Made by a program: the position numbers and the translations under genes. Below are positions 47,265 through 58,700 of a stretch of 64,000 nt of DNA, piece by piece. The DNA comes from a virus: positions 60,608 through 124,607 of the IMG/VR virus record IMGVR_UViG_3300030685_000017; one strand, 5' to 3'. How positions within the stretch are numbered: position 1 is the first letter of the stretch; the number at the start of each line of letters is the position of its first letter. The notes beneath the pieces were generated by a model. That model was not told the origin of the DNA, searched no databases, and saw only the letters and a program-made list of their open reading frames with translations.

Positions 47265-48875
47265 TTAAGTATTATCATATAATTGTAAAAATTTATACAT
47301 GGTAATTGTAGAAGTACATTTAGAAAAATCATTACTTACTTCTGTTACTATATAAGTTTCTTCTGTATCATTCTGTCTTTTTTTATAACTAACTTTTATA
47401 TTAACATCTAAGAAAGGAACTAATAAAGTGGTTATAGATACTGTATCCATCATTGTAGTAGATTTACGATTATAATAAGCGGCATTAGTTTTTGCTACCG
47501 TATTAGATAAAATATTATCAAAATTATCTCCTGAATGACTCTCTAGTACTTCTCCTAAATTTTGTACACTAAATTTACTAGTAGGATCAATTCTAAATAT
47601 AACATTTTTAGGATCTATATTATATTTATTAGAAAAATAAGTTTTAGTATACGTAATATCATTTACATCATTTGTAAATACGCATAAAGCATGTGGTTGA
47701 TATTGCCCTAAATAATAAGCCACTTTTGTACCTGTACTATCATTCAAAGTATAAATTTTCACAGCACATGTTTCACCATTTTCTATTTCATTAGCTGTCA
47801 ATGCTGTTGTTGTATATTCATAATAAATAGGTAATACTCCTAAACTATTTATTTGAATATTACACGCTCCTGTATTATTTGCAGAAGGTACAAAAGCAAT
47901 TATATCCGATTTATCATAACTCGTATAAGCAGATAAAGTTAATTGATAAATATTAGAAGCAAAACTACTAAACGTGGCATAAAAATCTACATCATAACTT
48001 ACGCCAAATATTTCAGTAATATTTTTTATATTACTTGTATCATACTCGACACTTTCACAATCGTCACTAGTTTGTATAGAACGTAGAAAACTATTATCTA
48101 TATCTATAATTTCTGTGGTCATTGTTGGTAACATATTAAAACAAAATGCCCCATAAACATCCATATAGGCTTGACAATCAGGATATAAATCTCTTATATC
48201 TCCTAACGCCGTCCATAATGTATCACCCGGATTATATGTAAGATCGGAAGGTAGGATATTCCATTCACTATTATTTTGTCTGTAAGTTAAATAATCTGAA
48301 TTATGCCCCGGCATACCATAATATTCACCCACATCTTCAATAATGTAATCTTTAATAGTAGTTAAATTTTGTATAATATAACTTACAATTTCTCGTATTG
48401 TTCGTTTTGCTCCATTATATTCTACCGGAATAGTTAAACTTATTGCTCCCCCTATTTGACCATTAACAGTCCCATTTAATTCTGAAATGCGATCAGACAA
48501 AGAAAATTTAAGAGAATTCTCAGTAGCGTTGTATGTCGTACTAACTCCTGTAATTCTATAAATTCCAGCTGGATACCAGCTATAAGTTTCTTTTATATAA
48601 TCTTCTACACCTAAATCAATTTTATAAAAGAAACCAAGCCAAGTATTAATTTCATTTTCTATATCAGAAATAAAATCATCTAACTTTAAAGTAAAATCAC
48701 ATGTTCTTCTAATATCAGAACTAGATTGTATATCTAAAGTTCCAAAATCTGAAACTCCTGTGAATGATGTTATGATTGTTTTCATATCTGATTTAACAAT
48801 TGAAATTCGCATTTTATAATTTACTATAGGTTGCTGTAACAGTTCCTTGTCGTCTTCTAAAATTACATATTTCAT
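47265..48875 (-). CDS. baseplate/tail hub protein
   Basis: SDIRRTC..TL, L.G..NGQ motifs; position in tail module. Confidence 0.6.
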   Translation of the reverse strand: MKYVILEDDKELLQQPIVNYKMRISIVKSDMKTIITSFTGVSDFGTLDIQSSSDIRRTCDFTLKLDDFISDIENEINTWLGFFYKIDLGVEDYIKETYSWYPAGIYRITGVSTTYNATENSLKFSLSDRISELNGTVNGQIGGAISLTIPVEYNGAKRTIREIVSYIIQNLTTIKDYIIEDVGEYYGMPGHNSDYLTYRQNNSEWNILPSDLTYNPGDTLWTALGDIRDLYPDCQAYMDVYGAFCFNMLPTMTTEIIDIDNSFLRSIQTSDDCESVEYDTSNIKNITEIFGVSYDVDFYATFSSFASNIYQLTLSAYTSYDKSDIIAFVPSANNTGACNIQINSLGVLPIYYEYTTTALTANEIENGETCAVKIYTLNDSTGTKVAYYLGQYQPHALCVFTNDVNDITYTKTYFSNKYNIDPKNVIFRIDPTSKFSVQNLGEVLESHSGDNFDNILSNTVAKTNAAYYNRKSTTMMDTVSITTLLVPFLDVNIKVSYKKRQNDTEETYIVTEVSNDFSKCTSTITMYKFLQLYDNT

Positions 48876-48879
48876 ATTT

Positions 48880-49773
48880 TTAGTATACTCCCGGTTCTAC
48901 CAAAGATAAATTATTTTTATATAAATCTTTTTCACTTACGCAAGATCCTATTTCTACAAAATCAAACGAAATAGTCCATAAGTCTGGATGTCCTTCTTCT
49001 GTTTCAGAAGGAGTTCCAGTAATTCTAATAAGCCAATTTCTTCCAATATCTAATTTTAAAATTTTTGGCTTTTTATTACATAACCAATCTATAATTGTTT
49101 TTCTAAATATACCTTGTGTACCAGAATCTACCATACAATTAGTAAATTTTAGAAAAGCCGCAGTTATAGTACCAGTATCATAATTAGCATCTGAATTTGA
49201 AACTACTACTGGATATTGACTATCATTAATTTTTAAAGTCGTGTTGTCTTGCTGTCTTGTAATCTGTGGATAAGTAATATCAACTACAGTATGAACAAAA
49301 GTATCTTTATCTGTAATACATATTCCTTCAAAATCAGAATATATAGTAATATTTTCATATGAATTTATATTACCAGATAATACAGACATACACATAAATT
49401 CTTCATTTGTTCTAGCTTTTGCATAATAATATTCTTTTACGAAATTAAAATCAGTAATATCTTTAATAGGAATTACAAAAATAGTAATCCATTCAAGAGT
49501 ACCTGTTTCTCTAGTCTTTATTACAATAGTATCTGTATTCTTTAATGAAAATCCAGAATTACCGCCATCTAAATTATTTTCATATGTAGCATTTAATTTA
49601 GTTGTATAAGTCCAATCATCATTAATGTTATCTACAGTTTTTGTATAATCTGTACTTAAATATAATTGATCATATGTACCATCATTTAATATTGCATTTG
49701 TAAAAGTACCCGTATCAGTTGCGGGAGTCTGCATAGCATATATACCACTAAAAAAATCTATTCCAAAAAACAT
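48880..49773 (-). CDS. tail/baseplate protein (distal-tail-like)
   Basis: WL.NKKPKILK...GR.W...F.FVEIG; position. Confidence 0.55.
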   Translation of the reverse strand: MFFGIDFFSGIYAMQTPATDTGTFTNAILNDGTYDQLYLSTDYTKTVDNINDDWTYTTKLNATYENNLDGGNSGFSLKNTDTIVIKTRETGTLEWITIFVIPIKDITDFNFVKEYYYAKARTNEEFMCMSVLSGNINSYENITIYSDFEGICITDKDTFVHTVVDITYPQITRQQDNTTLKINDSQYPVVVSNSDANYDTGTITAAFLKFTNCMVDSGTQGIFRKTIIDWLCNKKPKILKLDIGRNWLIRITGTPSETEEGHPDLWTISFDFVEIGSCVSEKDLYKNNLSLVEPGVY

Positions 49774-49787
49774 GCTTCTCCCTTTCT

Positions 49788-50894
49788 TTAAGTATAGCTA
49801 ACAATTAAATTATATATTCCATTATGTCGATTTACTTGGAAACTAATTATTGCTCCTGTGTTATATTGATCTGTAATGACTCTAAACATATCTCCATTTA
49901 TATCTACAATAGGATTACTATCAGTTGTACCTATAATACCACTTAGTATATTAACATAAATTATATAATGAGAAAGTGTATTATTAATAGTTAATTTTCC
50001 GTAATAAACATTATTTATATTTACTATAGATAAAAATACATTAAATTTATTGCCCTTTAGTTCCGCAAATTGTTCATTTACTGGAAGTAATTTTGCTTTA
50101 ACAACCAAAGCAAAATCCCCATCAACTTCTGAATTAGAAATATCATAACTAATTGAATTATTTGTTAAAGTAAATAGTCCATCTTGTAAAGTATAATTAT
50201 TATTTGTTAGTATATAATCCATTGTCACAATATTAGATGTTAATATAATTTTACCGTCTATATTTTCCCCAACAAAAGATAAATTTGATGGAATTTTTGT
50301 ATATTTTACACTAGCTAATATATAACCAGTATCTACTAAAAATCCATATGCACTTTTACCTATAGCTCTAAAATAATAGGTAGATAAATTTTCAAGACCA
50401 TAATATATATATGATTTTGCAGAAGCGGAATATAAAGTATCACTAACTAATAATTGAGTTTTTGTAGTGTCATATAAATAGAATGCAAATTCTTGTAAAT
50501 TATCTCCTTCTGATTGTGTAAAAGATAAATTAGCAGTATAATTTGCAGAGCTAATTACATCATTTGTACTAATATTACTAAAATTAAAGGTAGGAGTTAA
50601 ATAACAATAAAATAATATTGCTTCTGATAAGTTACTTGAATTTCCATTTTCATCATACACTTGCACTTGTGCAGTATAAGAAGTATTTGTAGTTAATGTA
50701 CTTCCGGGTAAATTATAATTTAATCTAGTTCCATCTTGTGTAACATTATATATTGTAGAAAGTGTTATTCTATTAACAATAATTAATCGTGTTTTTACAA
50801 TTTGCACACCTGTATAGGTATAATTAAATGTATGAGCATAGTTAGGATCGAAACATGAAACTTTTTCAAGAATCGGTGTATTTAAAGTCGCCAT
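49788..50894 (-). CDS. tail protein with Ig/FN3-like domains (start MATLNTP)
   Basis: L.....Y...VQV / GLEN.STYYFR patterns; SD AAGGAG. Confidence 0.6.
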   Translation of the reverse strand: MATLNTPILEKVSCFDPNYAHTFNYTYTGVQIVKTRLIIVNRITLSTIYNVTQDGTRLNYNLPGSTLTTNTSYTAQVQVYDENGNSSNLSEAILFYCYLTPTFNFSNISTNDVISSANYTANLSFTQSEGDNLQEFAFYLYDTTKTQLLVSDTLYSASAKSYIYYGLENLSTYYFRAIGKSAYGFLVDTGYILASVKYTKIPSNLSFVGENIDGKIILTSNIVTMDYILTNNNYTLQDGLFTLTNNSISYDISNSEVDGDFALVVKAKLLPVNEQFAELKGNKFNVFLSIVNINNVYYGKLTINNTLSHYIIYVNILSGIIGTTDSNPIVDINGDMFRVITDQYNTGAIISFQVNRHNGIYNLIVSYT

Positions 50895-50905
50895 ATTTAT
50901 CTCCT

Positions 50906-52447
50906 TTATCCAATTGTTTGTATCCAATAATCTCCCACACTTAAATCTGTAGGTTCAATAATACTATTTTCTTCTGCTATAAAACTTATACTATTTAAAA
51001 CAGTTGCATCTTGTGCTAGTAAATTTAAAAGTCCTGTACTCCTACTTAAAGAATGAGCATATGTAGAAGTAATTATATTACTACTAGCATCTTTAGTAGC
51101 TTTGGTTGCAGACAAAACAGATTTAGCTATATCAGCAGTATTATCTACATTACTTAAACCGATAGAAATGGGAGTAATATTAACGTTACCAGTTTTATAT
51201 TCTGTTTCCGCATTACCCTTTACTGCTGTTACAATATTACTACCAGTTCCCGGCATATATCCTAAAGCTGTTGTAATATCTGTAGCCGTTAATTGATGCC
51301 ATATATCTGTAGTTCCATTTGATTCTAAGAAAAATCCTGTTGTAGTAGAACTAGAATCTGGCACATGATTACCATGTACTGTAGGAGCTTTACCGTCCAA
51401 TTGTGTTTGAATATTAGAAGTAACACCATCTGTATAATTTAATTCGGCTGTACTTGAAATAATACCATGTAATGCATTAAGCTCTGTAATAGTTGCAGTA
51501 ATACCAATATTAGTTAAAATTCCATTAACTGTTGTTGCTCCAGTACCACCATGAGCCACATCTAATACAGGACTAGAAGCATTTGTTACATGACCGTTGG
51601 TATCTACTGTAACAGAAGAATAAGTACCTGCACTCACTCCACTTAACGGATGTTGATAAACCACAGTATCAGTATCATTAATTTTAATATCTCCATTAAT
51701 AGTAGAAGCCGCAGTTAAAGTTGCATCTATACGTGCATGAGTGGACATAGAATGTCCATAAGCCGCATCCCAATTACTTTTATTTAATGAAGTAACATGT
51801 ATCACACCATTACCGATATGCGCGTTAAAATCGGTTTTATCAGCTTTAGTCCCTATAGCATTATTTAAAGCTGTAATAGCAGATTCATCAGTTGCCATTA
51901 AATCAGCTATTTCCTTTAAAGTATCAAGAGTACTAGGAGCACCATTAATTAAATCTGAAATTTTAGTATCTGTATAACTTGTTGCCCTCTCATAAGTACC
52001 ATCTACTTCTGGCGTAAAACCAAGTGCAGTAGTAACATTAGACGAAGTCATTTGTCCTAAAATAGTGGTTGCAGACTTATTTTCTACATTATCTAATCCT
52101 ATTTGTGTTTTTGTAACATTATGGGGATTAGAAACATTAGCTATATGATTAGTTAAATTTGTTGCATTGGTTTTACCACTTGCTCCATCATATATTGTAT
52201 TTGCAGTTTCTCCAAAAGTTAAAAATGAACTTTCTATTTTAGTATTGGTATTAAGTGGTACAACACCATTGGCTATACCTTTACTGGAAATAGGCACATA
52301 ATTTGTATCTGTAGTACCTTTTATATAATTTAGAATAGTAGAAGCACTTACTTTATAAGTTGCTGTACCATTTTCAATTATCATAATATCATTATCGCCT
52401 ATTGATGTATAAGAAGGTAGACTGGCAATTTTTATTACAGAAGACAT
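50906..52447 (-). CDS. tail fibre protein
   Basis: NPHNVTKTQIGL.NV.N, GAPSTLDTLKEIA, VTVD..GHVT, ALGY.P motifs. Confidence 0.8.
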   Translation of the reverse strand: MSSVIKIASLPSYTSIGDNDIMIIENGTATYKVSASTILNYIKGTTDTNYVPISSKGIANGVVPLNTNTKIESSFLTFGETANTIYDGASGKTNATNLTNHIANVSNPHNVTKTQIGLDNVENKSATTILGQMTSSNVTTALGFTPEVDGTYERATSYTDTKISDLINGAPSTLDTLKEIADLMATDESAITALNNAIGTKADKTDFNAHIGNGVIHVTSLNKSNWDAAYGHSMSTHARIDATLTAASTINGDIKINDTDTVVYQHPLSGVSAGTYSSVTVDTNGHVTNASSPVLDVAHGGTGATTVNGILTNIGITATITELNALHGIISSTAELNYTDGVTSNIQTQLDGKAPTVHGNHVPDSSSTTTGFFLESNGTTDIWHQLTATDITTALGYMPGTGSNIVTAVKGNAETEYKTGNVNITPISIGLSNVDNTADIAKSVLSATKATKDASSNIITSTYAHSLSRSTGLLNLLAQDATVLNSISFIAEENSIIEPTDLSVGDYWIQTIG

Positions 52448-52465
52448 TCCGATCTCCTTTCTTTA

Positions 52466-52720
52466 TTATTTATATCGTAAATTACAAATATACATACTCG
52501 TTTTATCACAATTCGGTATTTTAAGCCATACTAAACTTCCAAGTGGTATTGTTACTCCTGTTCCATTAGGAACTAATATAACCCTATTATTATAATTTAC
52601 TCCGTATAAATCTCCTGATTTAGTATATACTACAGCAGAAATTGTTTTATCATAACTTAATTTAGCTATAGCATTATTTATAAGTATAGTTACACTTTGA
52701 AAAATTTGTTGTATTGTCAT
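52466..52720 (-). CDS. small tail-associated protein
   Basis: ORF downstream of the tape measure gene. Confidence 0.6.
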   Translation of the reverse strand: MTIQQIFQSVTILINNAIAKLSYDKTISAVVYTKSGDLYGVNYNNRVILVPNGTGVTIPLGSLVWLKIPNCDKTSMYICNLRYK

Positions 52721-52773
52721 ATTTTCACCTTAATACCGGTATATCTTAATGGTATACCGGTATTTAATTTTAT

Positions 52774-55700
52774 TTATCTTTTTGATGCATATTGAGTCGC
52801 CGAAAGTTTTATTCTATTTAATTCTTTTTGTAAATTATTATATCCACTTTCGTTAGTAATATTTGGTAATGATATACTAATTTGTTGCGTTAATTGTTGA
52901 AGATTAGTTGAAAGAGTAGGAGTTACAGTTTTTAATGTAGAATCTGTTGATACCTTCGCAGGATTTAATTTAGCCCAATCCCATAAATTTTGTACCATAT
53001 TCGCCGAAAATACTGTATCTCCTTTAGTCAAAGTGGTTAATACACCATTACGAGTCGGAGAAGCTATGATTTCCTGTCCACCATCTTGCGTAATAGCTGT
53101 TTGATCTTCATCTATTTTCTTCGCACCAGTAGCATATTTTTTAGTAGTTTTTTTAGTTGTGGCAGTAGAACTTTTTGTAGAAGTTGTAGTTGTAGTTGCT
53201 TTATTAGAAGAAGCCGTATAACTAGCACCTTTATTACCTACAGATGAAGTAGAAGAAATAGTATGTGCTTTTGCCGCTTCATACGCTGTAACCTCTGCAT
53301 TAGCCGCCGCAACAGCCGCATCAGCTTGTGCTTGCATCATAGATATATAGTTGTTAGTAAACGTATTTAAAGTACTTGTACGCATTGCTAATACATCAGA
53401 TTCCCAATTAGTACCAAGTACTTGAGAAGCTAATATATCATCCTGAGCTTCGCTATATTGATCAGCTACTTTAGACCATTGATCTTTATAATCTTGTAAT
53501 TTAGTAATTTGTGCATCAATAGCATCTGTGGCATTAGATAATTCATCTTTTAAAGCAGTAAGAGAAGCTTCAATATCATCAACTTTTTTTTGATACTTAT
53601 CATTAGCTACGGTATCTTCTGCATCTCGTATAGCACTTGCATCAGCTTCATAAATCATACCTTTAGAAGTAATTACCCCTTTAGTACGTTGAGATTGATC
53701 TCGTGCTAAATTGTATTCATCTTTTTCAAGTGTAATTTCTTCACTTCTGGTTTTGTTTGCATCTTCAAGTGCTTTTTCTTCTGCTTCTAAAGCATTAATT
53801 TTAACGTTATATGCATCCGTAACTGCTGTCTTTTCTTTATTTAATGCATCAATTTGTCTCTGTAACGAATTTTCTGCCGCAGTAGCCACTTTATTCATAA
53901 TATCAATTTGTTCTGTATAATAACTTTGCGCTTCTGTCCAATAGTCTGTTAAAGATAATTGTCCAGAAGAATACATAGTATTTAATGTGGATAAAACAGA
54001 ACTTTTATATTGTGCTACTGTAATAATACCTTGTTCTACATTTTCTTTTAAAGCCGCAAGTTGTTTATCAAGCATATCTTTATAAAGTTGAACCATACCA
54101 GTATAAACTTCTTCTTGATATTGTTCATATTCAGAAAGATACTTTTTATTATTAGCAAAGTATTTATCATTTAAAGCCCCTACTTTGTCATAATATTGCT
54201 TGTCAGTGATTAACTCCATTGCCTTTTCATGTTTTAATTCATTATATTGTGTTTCAAAGGCTTTTTTCCATTCATCTTCACCACCAGATGATTTAGAAGA
54301 TTTAGGAGTAGTCATTTTAGCATTAGCACCACTCATACTAGCTTCATACTTACTAACTAATGAGTTCCAAGTGTCCTCAACTACTTGATCACCAGTTTTA
54401 TCACCCTGTTGAGTCTTTAAATTATTATTAACATCATTATTAAATTTTGCCGCAGTAGCAGTACCCATATAAGCAAGAGCGAGATTTTTTAATGCTTGAA
54501 TTTTATCAACAGTATTAAGACTACTATTGGAAAAAATTGTTTGTTCTGTTACTAAATCCAACAATTTCATTCTAGCAAGATCTGTCATATTAGCATTATT
54601 TAATAAAGATGTACTTTCATTATCAGTACCATTTACCATATCATCTACAGAAGCATTACAAGCTAATAATTGATAAGATAAAGCTTGTTTATTAGCTGTT
54701 AATGACTCAGTAACCAAATCATTAGCATTCGCTACACCTGCTTCTTCTAACATAGAAATTGTAGATTGTTTAGTAGAATCTGTTACATTATCAAGTACTC
54801 CATTACTCTTGATATACTCAGTAGTTAAATTATCAAAAGCTTTTTGTGTTTTGTTAATATCATCAGGAGATTCTGAAATAGTTTTAATAAAATCTTTATA
54901 ACTATCAAGTTTTCCAAAACTAGCTGTAAAATCTTTATTATTTAAAATTTTACTAAAGTCAAATCCTTCTCCATCTTTAACATCTGAATAAGCATCCCCT
55001 AAAGTTTCAATCGCTTCTGAGTAACTTTCTATTTTTGATAAATTTGTCGTGATATCTTCTGGGGCTGTAGTATCTTTTGAAAATTTTACTGCAATAAATT
55101 TCTTTTTTGCTTCTGTTGCACTATCTGTCGCTTTTACAATATCATTCCATTTTTTAATATCATCGGCTGTATTAATTCCAGCAGATTTAAACCAATCTTC
55201 TGCCGAAGTCCCAAGTCCAGTATAATCTTTAGTTTTAGAAGCATAATCAGCTATATATTGATGTTCTTGTTCTGCTAAAGAATCCGCTTTATCAGTAGCT
55301 CCTTTACCAGTTATTGTAGCACCAACTTTAAGATTTAAGGTATCAGGATGAACACCTTTAATAACATCATTAGCATACTTCTCTAATTCTTCTGGTGACA
55401 ATACTCCAATATACTTACCAGTTTTAGGATCTTCAATAATAGGTGTAAAATTAACAGCTACTTCATTTTTAGTACCTTCGTTGTATCCATAAGTACTAGT
55501 ATATATACTAGCTCTATCACCCTTTTGAGAACCTTTCCAACCAGCTTTATTTAAAACTTCTCCATCAATTTCACTACGATTCGATAAATTTACATTCCCT
55601 CCCTGACTCCAAGTATCAAGTTGCTTTTTATATTTTTCTATTTCGGAAGAAGACATATTAACATATTTTTTAGTAGTTAATTGAATGGAACTCGCAGTAG

Positions 55701-58700
55701 CATCTTTTAATGCTTTTTGATCATCAGTTTGTAATGCTCCAGCATTTTTTAAGTATTCTACTACATTAGCCATAGAAGTTTCATAAGCTTTAGCATAAGT
55801 AGCAATACTTTTCATTGTATTAACTTGATCTTTAGTATAAGTTTCTCCAGTTGGATTTCCATTAGTATAATTTAATGCAGACTCATACGTAATACTTGAT
55901 CCTTGTTTACTAGATAATAATTTAGTAATATTATTTTTTAAATTATCAGTATTTGCCGTAAAACTTACATCAAATTTCCAATTTTTAATTTCACTAGAGA
56001 TATCAGTATATGAATTAGCAAGAAAATCTTGAATACTTTGCTTTTCTGAATCATTACTTGTTGTATTAAGTAATGATTTCATGTCAGAAATTAATTTTTC
56101 TTTAGTAGAAGTTTGTGCTTGTAAATCATCTTTTGATAACGCCGTATCATAATTCGTTTTATCTATTTGTATTTGTTCATATTGCTTCTTATATTTCTCA
56201 TCACTAGATAATAAATAATCTATATGTTGAGAATACATATCATTATATTTAGAAATATTAGAACTCAAATCTGAAATTTGTTGCTGAGAATTTGAAGTAA
56301 TATTAGTTAAATATTGAGTAGAAACATCATTATTTAAATATTTTTTAGATAAAGAAGATAATAACGTTTGTAATTGTTTTACTTTATCAGATGTATCTTG
56401 CGCACTTGATCCCAAAACAGTTAAAGTGTTATCTTTATTAACTGTTACACCAGACATAGTATCTGATACTGCTTTATTAATTTGTTGTATTCCTGATAGA
56501 TTATTTTTTATAATATCAGAACCAGCATTAAATGTAATTCCTTTAGATTTCTCTTCAAAACTAATCATTTGATCATATGCTGATTTATAAGGATTATCTG
56601 TCTGTTTATTATATCCAACACGCCCAGAAGAAAGTAAATTATATGCCCCTTCTGCAACAGTATTTCCTACTTGTTGCCAACCTGACATCCCCTTACTTGA
56701 TTGTTCTGTATTATAAGCTTTACTATTTTTAATATTGTTTAAATTTGTTAATTCTGTTTCTAATTTTCCATTAACTAAATCTATTCCTTGTGCTTCACTT
56801 CCATAAGTAGAAATTAAATCTTTTTGTATAGTAATTAATTGCTGTTTAGTCGTTACAGTTTCTTCTTGACTTAAATTACCAGAATCTAAAGCAGTTTTTA
56901 ATTTAACTATTTGATCTTTATAACTAGTTAAAGAATCTTTCGTTGTCTTATAAGTAGCACTAGCTTGTTCTGCTTTAGAAAAAGCTTCTTCGTTAGCACT
57001 AGCAAATTTAGTAATAGCGTATGTAGCTCCAACTACTGCTCCCGTCACTATTAAAGAAAAGGCTACATTAGCCGCCAAAGTAGCTAATTTAACACTAATT
57101 AAACTTTCTTTTTCTGCATCTAATGATGCCTGTAATCCATCTAAACTAACTACTTCTTTTTGTGTTGTATTAATATATCCCTTAGTAGTAGTATCAAGTT
57201 CTGTATGAGCTTCTGTAAATTCTTTTGCAGATTGTGTTCCAGAAGTATATTGTGTAAGTAAAGCTTCAAGAGAAGTATTATTTGCATATGTCTTCTTTTG
57301 AGTCTCTAATATACTAGCTCCTCCAATTTGTAAATTAGATAAAACACTAGCAGTTTGAGCGGTGCTAATTGCCCCTTTACCTTGTACTGTTTTAATTCCT
57401 GTACTAATAGCCCCATAAGCACCAAAAGCAGTAGCTAATAGTCCAACACTTTTAACAGATTTATCTAATAAATCAATTAAACTTTTAAAAAAGGTAATTA
57501 CATTTCCTAATGAATCTTGATTTAAAGCATCATTAGCTAATTCTTGAGCTGTTGCTTTTAAAGTATTTAATCTACCAGTCAACGAATCTGCATATTTTAC
57601 TGCATTTTTTTCTGTAATACCATTAGATTCACTAGCTTTTGCCGCTAACTGAGTAGCTTGAGCGTATGATTGCATTGCTACAGTAAATTGGTTAGTATTT
57701 CTAATTCCAGCTACTTGATAAGATATATCAGCTTTTTGGGAATCTGTTAAACTGTCCCATTTACCTGAAAGTTTATCTAAGGTGTCAGTTAAATTATTAA
57801 AATTTCCTTTAGAATCATATACTTCAATTCCAATTGCATGTAAAGCTTCTGCCGCTTTTGATAATGTATCAGGATCTACTTCTTCTTCCATCGAACCAGA
57901 TTTAGAAAGACGAGATACAATAGTCTTCCACGCATTACCAATTGTAGATCCACTTTGTCTTGTAACTTCTGCTGTCTTTGCTACAATTCCCGCAAAAGTT
58001 TCAAAAGACATACCTGCATTATGTACTAATGCACCAGCTGTCTGTACACCTTCCGCTATCTCTGTAATACCAGTACTAAAATCCATGGCTATATTAGAAG
58101 AAGTACTTTCAAATACATCAGAAATATGCATAGCATCAGTAGAAGCAAGATTAAATTCATTCATTACTGCGTGGATATCATCAGATATAGTAGATATATC
58201 AAGTCCAGATGCCGCAGAAAGCATAACGGTAGGTTTAACAGATTCCATAACTTTACTTACTGTTGTACCCATATTAGCGTAAATTTTAGCCGCTTCTGTT
58301 ACTTGATCAGCTGTAGTACCAAACTCTTTAGCCATATTAATAGATTCTTGAGTTAAACTAGCTATTTGAGTTTTAGTTACATTCATTGTTAAAGATATAG
58401 TGGTCATAGCTTGATTAAAATCCATAACCGTACTAATACCTTTTTTAAATACATCCCAAGCAACATAAAATGAATTAAATGTAAGCATATATGTAGTTAA
58501 TGCCGTTGCGTGAGATTTTAAAGAACTTGAAAAATATTCAAAAGCTGTTTTAGCTACTGTAGTCTTTTCTGAACCCTGCATTACAGCACCAGTAGATAAA
58601 TCTGCTTGTATCTTTAATTGTTTATATGCTCCAGATGCTTCTTGAATTTTATATGCAAGAGTGCCATAACTATTTCCAGCCTTCGTAGTACTAGTAGAAT

